From a bacterium (GTDB lineage Bacteria > Muiribacteriota > UBA6191), in the NCBI GenBank assembly GCA_036339875.1, contig JAYZAC010000093.1, positions 1 through 11,159 of the forward strand: a DNA stretch of 11,159 nt, given 5' to 3'. Below are positions 1-6,876 of this stretch, piece by piece; positions within the stretch are counted from its first letter, which is position 1; each line of letters starts with the position of its first letter. The notes below the pieces were generated by a model. The model was given only the letters and a program-made list of their open reading frames with translations. It was not told the DNA's origin and did not search any database. The translations under genes and the position numbers were made by a program.

Positions 1-28
1 TCTGACGATTACTAAGTTTAATATTCAC
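1..28 (-). CDS. Probable 5' end of a gene running off the left edge (GTG start; MNIKLSNRQ...), product unknown
   Basis: Minus strand reads TAAGGAGGGTTG-GTG AAT ATT AAA CTT AGT AAT CGT CAG A. This is a near-perfect Shine-Dalgarno (AAGGAGG, 33-39) 4 nt before a GTG at 28-26, open to the window edge. Only 9 codons are visible. Confidence 0.5.
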
Positions 29-32
29 CAAC

Positions 33-40
33 CCTCCTTA
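33..40 (-). promoter_or_regulatory. Ribosome-binding site TAAGGAGG
   Basis: Plus-strand cctcctta at 33-40 is TAAGGAGG on the minus strand, just upstream of in-frame TTG and GTG codons. Confidence 0.55.
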
Positions 41-50
41 TTTCTTGTTC

Positions 51-137
51 TATCTAAATCTATTCGACATAATACCGACACAACAAACATTTTTTTTGGA
101 ATTTTAATTATCATAAATTTTTCTATCGATTTAGATA
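51..137. repeat. 10-bp perfect inverted repeat with 67-nt spacer
   Basis: TATCTAAATC (51-60) is the reverse complement of GATTTAGATA (128-137). It extends by 3 bp with a 1-nt bulge (GTT 47-49 / AAC 138-140). Confidence 0.5.
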
Positions 138-169
138 AACTCTTTGCACGCGAGGTACTCTGCGACTAC

Positions 170-187
170 ACATAATACAGATTATGT
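170..187. repeat. 7-bp inverted repeat (hairpin or operator-like palindrome)
   Basis: ACATAAT-acag-ATTATGT at 170-176 / 181-187. Confidence 0.45.
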
Positions 188-366
188 TAACCTAATACTT
201 TGAGGAAATGTGGCACAGGTTCAAAGGCACGAAAATACTATCTAGATTTTTTGACTAATATTCAGATAGTTTTTATGTAAATAAACTTCAATGAGATCAT
301 CACCAAAGCAAAGCATGAGAGTATTAATTTTCAAATCAGATAAAAAATAACAGCTAGTAAGTTACA

Positions 367-2691
367 CTAATCCACAGAAATTAATTTTATACTATTCTGA
401 AGAGATGTCAGTCTCTGCGTGACAGAATCAATACAAACAGAATATCGCCATGCGCAATTGACCTGCAGCCCCTGTTTGAAAGACTCTGATTCAAAAAGAT
501 TTTCTACACTAACCAACGCATCTTCTTCATTACTAATTTGAATATCTTCTTTTTCCTGAATACTTAATAGGATTTGATGAAGGTCACGAGCCAGAATCAT
601 GCCGAGAGCGGATGGTACAAAAGTCACAGACTGCTTTTGTTTACCAAAAGGGTTCCAGCCATTCGCTTGATATTTAACAAAATGATTCTCTTTTCGCGGG
701 TCAAAATTCAACTCTTCAAAAGACCTCAGAGAAATCTCTAGATCAGTAATAATTTTAGATAATCTCGTCTTAAGTTGTTGATTTTGCTGCTGCGTTAGTT
801 CTTGCGATCTTGTCTCGGACCTATAGGCTAGAAAATCAACATCCTCGTTCAACTTCACATAATCTGCAGCCAGAAATGAGTTGTAGTTTTCAGAATTCTC
901 ACGAAAACGAGGATAAAGCTGTGTTTTCACAGCCTCACTGCTCGCGTCTATCAGATAAAAAATAGCATGACCGGTAATTCTATCGATATAGATATGCTTC
1001 ACACTAACTTGTGTATCATTAGCCAGTTTACCTATCTTTTTTTTCGTAACCTCTCTAGTTTCACTATGGTTTCCCCAATCACGAACGAATAATCCATTAG
1101 GAGCGTCATAAACAACCCCTTTTACAGCTTTATCAAGAGACACAAAATCTATATTCTCTATGTTCTCTAGCATCTTAAAGTATTGTTTACGATAACTACT
1201 ATTAGCTTGTCTTTTATCTAGAACTGATAAATCCTCAGAATGTTCTTCACGAGTCACACGATGCTTTCGAATCGATTCTTTAAGAATATCAAATTGCTCA
1301 TTAAAATCGGCTCTTACCTTCGGGTTTGAAATATCATGTCGTAGAGCCCCAGGTTTTAGAGCGATGCGACCCTCTCGAAATTCAAAATAGCTTTCATTCA
1401 AACCGTTCTGCAAAGCTTTGGTGTAAACTTTCTCAGTTGCAACCAAACCTTTCTGCGCACTCTTAAGACGCTTTTCCAATTCCTTTGATGCTTTCTTATT
1501 ATTCCCATCAATCACTGAATTTACGGATTGAGCCAGGTCCGACTGTGTCAATTGACTCACCAAACGTTTAGACATAATTTGGTAATTAACTAAGTTATTA
1601 GAATTTTCCCACAAGTGATAAATATAGGCCAATTGGTCACTGAGCAGATCGTTTGAGGATAACTGATATAAATCTAAACCTAGTGTTTGCGTTTTAAAGC
1701 TTTCTAGCAAAGCCGAAGACAACTCGCTCTGAGGCATATTCCTTATTGAACGCAGAGTTTGTTGCACGGAAGACTCATCGATCGACAAACGCAGAGTATA
1801 TAACTTTTTAAGATCTTCCTTTATAAGTCCAAGATACGTAGGCATGGCAACGCCATATTTAAAGGCTGATTTGATGTTACCCTGAAATTGAATAAAATTA
1901 CGTTTGGCTACCGAATGAAACGGAAAACTTAATTCGCCGCGCCTAACCACATCCCACATTTGGCACCATTCCGATATATCTGCAATCGATGTCCGTGGAC
2001 TGGTATCTTTTGCTAAGCCATTGGTAGTAGGCAAAGCTTGTCCTACATAGTCGGTTGATCTCTGCCAAATAAGATTGAGAATCGCATCAGAAGATTCATA
2101 CTTAGATTCTAATTGAAACTTCTTCCAGCCTTCCAGAAAATGTTTTGTAAACCAAACATCCGCTACATTGTTCTGCGAATTTAAAATTCCGTCTGTACGT
2201 AAATCAATGAGCTGTCGTAAATTTAATTGCCAGACCTTCAAATCAAGCTTTTGAAGATTGCGTGTCGCATGCTCGAGATTCTTGTGATGGTTGTATAAGT
2301 AGTTATCGGGATGGTCAGATTTTAGTTTTCGATTGCGCGTAGTTCTCTCTAGACTTTCGATAATTGTAATAAGATTATTTAACGTTTCTGTATTTAAGCT
2401 CGATGCAATGAAAATCGGTTCAAGTCCCCTACCAGGAATTTCTTGATCCATAAAATTATTAAATTTATTCCATGCAATCGAACCAAAATCACCCGGTGTA
2501 AGCTTGGTACTAACAGATATGGATGCAGCCGAATCGCTGGAAATCTGATTTCCACTTAAAGAATCGGTTGAAGTTGGTCGCATCGCGTCAGTCGAGAGCA
2601 AGTCATTAGAAGATTCAAATTTGTCATAGAAATCTTCCGCACTAATTTTACCGACAAATAACGCAACGAATAATAGAATTTCCAGAATCAT
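367..2691 (-). CDS. Hypothetical exported protein, 774 aa, apparently largely alpha-helical, no recognised family
   Basis: Long uninterrupted ORF with an AAAGG RBS-like motif 6 nt before the ATG. Hydrophobic N-terminus ending in ISA|E (signal peptide-like), a Ser/Asp-rich low-complexity segment (about aa 25-62), charged coiled-coil-like stretches and a C-terminal Cys pair CAWRYSVC. Confidence 0.85.
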   Translation of the reverse strand: MILEILLFVALFVGKISAEDFYDKFESSNDLLSTDAMRPTSTDSLSGNQISSDSAASISVSTKLTPGDFGSIAWNKFNNFMDQEIPGRGLEPIFIASSLNTETLNNLITIIESLERTTRNRKLKSDHPDNYLYNHHKNLEHATRNLQKLDLKVWQLNLRQLIDLRTDGILNSQNNVADVWFTKHFLEGWKKFQLESKYESSDAILNLIWQRSTDYVGQALPTTNGLAKDTSPRTSIADISEWCQMWDVVRRGELSFPFHSVAKRNFIQFQGNIKSAFKYGVAMPTYLGLIKEDLKKLYTLRLSIDESSVQQTLRSIRNMPQSELSSALLESFKTQTLGLDLYQLSSNDLLSDQLAYIYHLWENSNNLVNYQIMSKRLVSQLTQSDLAQSVNSVIDGNNKKASKELEKRLKSAQKGLVATEKVYTKALQNGLNESYFEFREGRIALKPGALRHDISNPKVRADFNEQFDILKESIRKHRVTREEHSEDLSVLDKRQANSSYRKQYFKMLENIENIDFVSLDKAVKGVVYDAPNGLFVRDWGNHSETREVTKKKIGKLANDTQVSVKHIYIDRITGHAIFYLIDASSEAVKTQLYPRFRENSENYNSFLAADYVKLNEDVDFLAYRSETRSQELTQQQNQQLKTRLSKIITDLEISLRSFEELNFDPRKENHFVKYQANGWNPFGKQKQSVTFVPSALGMILARDLHQILLSIQEKEDIQISNEEDALVSVENLFESESFKQGLQVNCAWRYSVCIDSVTQRLTSLQNSIKLISVD

Positions 2692-2777
2692 TATAAACCT
2701 TTACAAAAGTACGAAAATCTAGTAACCAAGTTTCATATTCTGAAAAAGAAATCAAAAGCTTAAAAATTATTGGAGAA

Positions 2778-3182
2778 TCAATGTTCGAAAGAAACTCTCT
2801 TTCGTCTTTTTCCACTAGTTTGTGGAATGATAAATCCGGATAGTAATCTACTATTAACCAAATCCCCAACCTTCACTGAGTTATCGATTATGAAATGATG
2901 GCGACTATTTAATAGATGTAGAAACAGCAGGGCGTTAGAACCCTTTAAACCTGAAATCAAAGTCTCGAATTCATCACCATTGGACCCAACTACTCGAAGA
3001 GAAACTGATTCCTCCTGAGACACATCAAAGAAGCATCCATCAGCTTCTTCAATTATACAAGTTTGGGTTGACTTCCCTATACGAAGTTCAACAACACTAT
3101 TAAGTTCCACAACCCTTATTTGTAACTGGGATGCGTCAACTGGAATAGTCAACACTAAACAAAAAATGATTAAGAATGGCAC
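2778..3182 (-). CDS. Hypothetical exported protein, 134 aa
   Basis: GTG start and signal peptide-like MPFLIIFCLVLTIPVDA|S. Alternating hydrophobic pattern suggests beta strands (LQIRVVE, VVELRIG, VSLRVVG); contains a C-x7-C pair. Co-oriented with the 774-aa ORF and 86 bp upstream of it. Confidence 0.7.
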   Translation of the reverse strand: MPFLIIFCLVLTIPVDASQLQIRVVELNSVVELRIGKSTQTCIIEEADGCFFDVSQEESVSLRVVGSNGDEFETLISGLKGSNALLFLHLLNSRHHFIIDNSVKVGDLVNSRLLSGFIIPQTSGKRRKRVSFEH

Positions 3183-3362
3183 AATAGAAAATCTTAACCT
3201 TTAAGATGTAATCTTATAAAGATACTAATAAAAGTAAAAGTGACAAAAATAATTACCTTATATTAAAAATGTGTGATTTAAAATTCTTTGACATGAAAGT
3301 TGAAAAATAACTCATAAACGAATCTGTAAAATCATCATTTAACCAAAATCAAAGGAAACTTA
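3183..3362. promoter_or_regulatory. Divergent promoter region with overlapping ATCTT/AAGAT palindromes (3191-3223), TTGACA (3288-3293) and RBS AAAGGA (3351-3356)
   Basis: Very AT-rich 180-bp gap between divergent starts at 3182 (-) and 3363 (+). Motifs were read directly; there is no convincing -10 at canonical spacing from the TTGACA. Confidence 0.6.
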
Positions 3363-3911
3363 ATGATTAAGACTATTAATCTGATTTTTTTAGCTTCCAT
3401 AATTGTAAATACTACCTATCCAGCTGGAATCGCTGGAAAAATAGCCCCAGATTTGAGAGTCGAACACTGGATGAATCACACCGGTAAACCAATGACTAAA
3501 AAACCGAAAATGAAAGATTACAACAATAAATTACTATACATCTACTGTTGGCAATATTGGTGTCCAGGCTGCCACTCTCAAGGTTTTCCCACCCTAAAAA
3601 AACTCCTTAATGAATTTGGAGAAGATCCTGATATTAAATTTTTAGCTATTCAAACGCCATTTGAAGGCAGACATATTAATACTTTAGATAAATTGAAAAT
3701 AACGGCAGAAAAATATGATTTAAAAATTCCAATGGGTCATACGCAAACTCAACCGGGAGAAAAAATTCCATTTTTGATGAAAGATTTTAGAACAGGTGGT
3801 ACTCCATGGGGTATTGTCATTGGTCCAGATCGCAAAGTCTTGCTTAATGGCTATAAATTAGACTATGAAATTACAGTGAAATTAATTCGTCAATTTAAAG
3901 ATCGAAAGTAA
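3363..3911 (+). CDS. Thioredoxin-fold redoxin (TlpA/AhpC-TSA-like thiol-disulfide oxidoreductase), probably exported
   Basis: CxxC motif WCPGC (3558-3572) after a beta strand (LLYIYCWQY). Has the N-terminal G-x2-APD motif typical of redoxins, a GTP cis-Pro loop followed by GIVIGPDRKV, a hydrophobic N-terminal signal-like segment and an AAAGGA RBS. Confidence 0.88.
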   Translation: MIKTINLIFLASIIVNTTYPAGIAGKIAPDLRVEHWMNHTGKPMTKKPKMKDYNNKLLYIYCWQYWCPGCHSQGFPTLKKLLNEFGEDPDIKFLAIQTPFEGRHINTLDKLKITAEKYDLKIPMGHTQTQPGEKIPFLMKDFRTGGTPWGIVIGPDRKVLLNGYKLDYEITVKLIRQFKDRK

Positions 3912-3912
3912 A

Positions 3913-4620
3913 ATGAAACCACCTATTCTTAACCTCTTTAATAAACTCTTAAATCTTTATGGAGCTCAGGGTTGGTGGCCCTTATTGAATATCGAAGGGT
4001 CCAATCCCACTAAGTCAGGCTCACTTCAAGGTTATCACCCAGGAGATTATTCCTACCCTCGAAATCGACAACAACAATTTCAAATTATTGTAGGAGCTGT
4101 GCTCACTCAAAATACTTCATGGGTACAAGTAGAACGAGGATTAGTTTCACTACAAAAAAATGAACTACTTAGCCCCACAAAACTAACTCAAAATCAAGAC
4201 TTAACAAAAGCTTGTATAAGAGTTTGCGGTTACTACAATCAAAAATTTGATTATCTAAAATCTATATGTAAGATGGTTCAAAAACTCACAACCAAAGGAG
4301 ATCTTTGGGTCACACCATCTCGTCAGGAATTATTAAGCTTGAAAGGTGTAGGACCTGAAACCGCAGACACCATGTTGTGTTATGCCTTCTCTCAAAAGCA
4401 ATTTATCGTTGACGCTTATACCAGGCGTGTATTTCAAAGATTAGGTTGGATAGAACCTAAAATTAGCTATAACAAATTAAAAAATTTGATAGAAAGTTGC
4501 CTTCCCGATGATCTAATCATTTATCAAGAATTTCATGCTTTAATCGTTGAGTTTGCAAAACGCTTAAAAGTGCCTACATCCTCCGAAAACGACCTTCTCA
4601 ATGAAATATGTGGTCAATAA
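3913..4620 (+). CDS. HhH-GPD superfamily DNA glycosylase, endonuclease III-related / MagIII-like (3-methyladenine glycosylase type), lacking the 4Fe-4S motif
   Basis: Motifs YG-x-QGWWP, GAVLTQNT, G-YYNQK, helix-hairpin-helix LLSLKGVGPETAD, catalytic Asp in IVDAY, and EFHALIVEFAK. No C-x6-C-x2-C-x5-C cluster motif at the C-terminus. Confidence 0.9.
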   Translation: MKPPILNLFNKLLNLYGAQGWWPLLNIEGSNPTKSGSLQGYHPGDYSYPRNRQQQFQIIVGAVLTQNTSWVQVERGLVSLQKNELLSPTKLTQNQDLTKACIRVCGYYNQKFDYLKSICKMVQKLTTKGDLWVTPSRQELLSLKGVGPETADTMLCYAFSQKQFIVDAYTRRVFQRLGWIEPKISYNKLKNLIESCLPDDLIIYQEFHALIVEFAKRLKVPTSSENDLLNEICGQ

Positions 4621-5936
4621 GATTTCTCGTTAGTTATTCAATATTTATTGCTATTGTCACCATTCTTTTTGGAAAGTTTAATGATGGTGGATGGTATACA
4701 CTCGCCGCTCTTTCTATCAAATCTGGCGCTCAACCATTCATTGATTTTCACTATCCTCATACACCTCATTTCGCTTACTTTCTTTCTAAGATCTTACACC
4801 TATGTCCGGAATCAATTCATCCAGTACTCTATTTAAGATTTTTTTGCGTAATAATCTGGCTCATTAGTGTGCTTCTAACAATAGCACTCGTAAAAAAAGA
4901 AAATTACAGATTGCTAATGATCTTGATACTTTGTCAGCCGTATCAAATTTATTTTTTGTGTATCATAAAGTGCTACGGAGTCATCCAACTTCTACTGCTA
5001 TTTGTTTTATTTCTACAAAATACTCACTGGAAGTCATTTTCAGGATTTCTAGTAGGACTAATTTTAGCCATACGCATAAGTACTCCGGCTAGTCTTGCCC
5101 TAATGCCTTCAACTAACAAACTTTGGTCATGGTTTTTATTAATCTTAGCTCTAACCAGTCTGATACCGGCGATTAAAATGGGACTGCTTGATCATTGGTT
5201 CTTACCAATTCAGCATTTTGGTCTCGAAATAAATTCTTTCAATAAGTTCTATCTGGACAAATTTCATGAACCTCTAGGTATTCAATGGAGTCGCAAAATA
5301 GGCTATTTAATCAAAAGTTTTATTATGTGGTCTCCGTTTATACTAATTGCTCTCTACGCTAAAAATTTGAAGGTCTTATTTTTATTGATCATAAATATTC
5401 TTTTACATGTGTGCTTAGCAAGACCATTAGACGAATACTCCTGCTTTTTTTTACTACCATGTGCTGTTATGTTATGTAACAGCAAAATTGACGTACCTAA
5501 GTTTTTCTACACAATCTCTTTAATTGTTTTTATTACTCAGCTTGATAGATTCAACAACCGCTTGGTTCTTCATCAAAGTCAAATATTGAAACTACAAGCA
5601 TTAAAGCTGAAAGGTTCTGTTTTTAGCCTAGATGCCTACATCCAAAGCAACTATTTTAAATCATATGATAAACGTCAAACACTAGGACATTTCTCAATAT
5701 TTGAAACATGGTCAGACGAATTTTGCCAACGAAAGAATGTATTCAATAATAATACTCTTAAAAATCACATATTAAATCGTAAATTTGACTGGGTAATAAC
5801 GACTGATACCCAGGTTCAATCGATTGGATTGAAGTCATTACTACGCAATTATAAACTAGCTAAAAAAATTCCAACTATGCTAGAACAAAATGAAGATCTA
5901 TTGATTTATAAAAATCTCTCTTCAAATTCGAAATAA
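4608..5936 (+). CDS. Polytopic membrane protein, GT-C fold glycosyltransferase-like (ArnT/PMT-related)
   Basis: Many hydrophobic segments over about aa 5-310, then a soluble C-terminal domain. The loop after TM1, NDGGWYTLAALSIKSGAQPFIDFHYPHTPHFAY, resembles the GT-C pattern DE-x2-Y-x3-A...G..PY.DF....P...Y. Overlaps the upstream gene by 13 nt. Confidence 0.65.
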   Translation: MWSIRFLVSYSIFIAIVTILFGKFNDGGWYTLAALSIKSGAQPFIDFHYPHTPHFAYFLSKILHLCPESIHPVLYLRFFCVIIWLISVLLTIALVKKENYRLLMILILCQPYQIYFLCIIKCYGVIQLLLLFVLFLQNTHWKSFSGFLVGLILAIRISTPASLALMPSTNKLWSWFLLILALTSLIPAIKMGLLDHWFLPIQHFGLEINSFNKFYLDKFHEPLGIQWSRKIGYLIKSFIMWSPFILIALYAKNLKVLFLLIINILLHVCLARPLDEYSCFFLLPCAVMLCNSKIDVPKFFYTISLIVFITQLDRFNNRLVLHQSQILKLQALKLKGSVFSLDAYIQSNYFKSYDKRQTLGHFSIFETWSDEFCQRKNVFNNNTLKNHILNRKFDWVITTDTQVQSIGLKSLLRNYKLAKKIPTMLEQNEDLLIYKNLSSNSK

Positions 5937-5954
5937 ATACACCTGTTTGAATGG

Positions 5955-5983
5955 TTTATATAAAATTTTAGTTCGTCTATAAT
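5955..5983 (+). promoter_or_regulatory. Putative sigma-70 promoter for the HDOD/two-component block
   Basis: TTTATA (5955-5960, 4/6 match to TTGACA), 17-bp spacer, perfect TATAAT (5978-5983), in the only real intergenic gap on the plus strand. Confidence 0.55.
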
Positions 5984-5989
5984 GTCTTC

Positions 5990-6874
5990 ATGAATGCCTC
6001 CCAATTGGCAAAACCTCGCCTAGAAGACATTGTTCGAAGAATTCAAGGTATCTCAACACTACCTCACATCGCTCTTAAAATTATTGAAATAACATCAGAT
6101 AACAATTCTTCTGCGAGTGATTTAGAAGATGTTATTAAGAGTGATCCCGGATTAACTGCAAAGTTACTGAAAATGGTTAACTCCGCTCATTTCGGATTGA
6201 GTGAAAAGGTTATGGAGATTCGTAAAGCAATTGTCTTCATGGGCTTCAAGTCGGTAAGAGATGTAGCTCTCAGTGCTTCGGTATGCGAACTCTTTAAAGA
6301 AGATATTCCAATTGGGCACTACACTCGAAGTGGCCTTTGGAGGCACTCTGTTGGAGTTGCTGTAACTGCTAATGTAATCGCTCAGCGGACTGAATTTGAC
6401 GTAGGTGATTTCGTTTTTTCAACTGCAATTATGCACGATATCGGTATTGTAATGCTAGACCAATACATGCATGATCACTTTGCTGCCTGTATGCATAATC
6501 CTGATTGTCTATCTAAAGGACTTCACAATGTGGAAGCTGATATCATGGGCTTCACCCACCAAGACCTCGCTCGAGAAGTCGTTAAAAGCTGGGGATTACC
6601 AGAGGAGTTTGTTCAAACCTGCTCTTATCACCACAATCCGGAAATGGCTGCCAAGTCTTGGCAAGTCATAAACTCGATTATATATATGGCAAATACACTT
6701 TGCGACGCAAGAGATTTTGGCTTCAATGAGTCTTCCCAGATTAGTTCAACAGAGTTTAATTTTGTACTTCATAAACTAAATTTCACAAAAACAGATGTCT
6801 CAATCATATTGGAGGAATTACCAGCAGAATTTGAAAAAGCAAATGATCTTATTAATTTAGTGGATCACTCTTAA
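5990..6874 (+). CDS. Stand-alone HDOD domain protein (HD-related output domain)
   Basis: Signature blocks TLPHIA, IKSDPGLTAKLLKMVNSAHFG, AIVFMGFKSVR, LWRHSVGVA, MHDIG, GFTHQ and WGLPEE...YHHNP. Confidence 0.93.
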   Translation: MNASQLAKPRLEDIVRRIQGISTLPHIALKIIEITSDNNSSASDLEDVIKSDPGLTAKLLKMVNSAHFGLSEKVMEIRKAIVFMGFKSVRDVALSASVCELFKEDIPIGHYTRSGLWRHSVGVAVTANVIAQRTEFDVGDFVFSTAIMHDIGIVMLDQYMHDHFAACMHNPDCLSKGLHNVEADIMGFTHQDLAREVVKSWGLPEEFVQTCSYHHNPEMAAKSWQVINSIIYMANTLCDARDFGFNESSQISSTEFNFVLHKLNFTKTDVSIILEELPAEFEKANDLINLVDHS

Positions 6875-6876
6875 CT

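Noticed and set aside
63..69. TGTCGAA (minus strand) matching a Spo0A box
   Set aside because: A single 7-mer, with no evidence in the window that the organism is a sporulating Firmicute.
55..81. Sigma-28-like TAAA-N15-ACCGACAC
   Set aside because: Only 5/8 match at -10, and there is no plus-strand gene downstream.
211..240. TGGCAC / AGGCACG as sigma-54 -24 elements
   Set aside because: Neither has TTGC (GC at -12) at the required spacing, and they point toward the 3' end of a convergent gene. TGGCAC at 3177-3182 is simply the reverse of a start codon.
140..366. Known riboswitch (for example c-di-GMP-I) or intrinsic terminator
   Set aside because: I could not find the conserved riboswitch cores or a GC-rich hairpin followed by a U-tract. 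An Rfam scan would settle this.
367..2691. Apparently higher GC in the 774-aa gene as a sign of horizontal transfer
   Set aside because: Spot checks by eye were variable, and parts of the HDOD gene are similarly GC-rich. No mobility genes or flanking repeats were seen. A computed GC and codon-usage profile is needed.
4648..4836. 62-aa plus-strand ORF
   Set aside because: Out-of-frame and nested within the membrane protein gene, with no RBS or motif; likely a shadow ORF.
4892..5452. A7 (4892-4898) and T8 (5445-5452) homopolymers in the GT-C-like gene as phase-variation tracts
   Set aside because: Short A/T runs are common throughout this AT-rich window and the frame is intact.
6164..6346. 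60-aa minus-strand ORF
   Set aside because: Antisense to the well-supported HDOD gene, with no independent evidence.
6471..6671. 66-aa plus-strand ORF
   Set aside because: Alternate frame inside the HDOD gene, with no motif.
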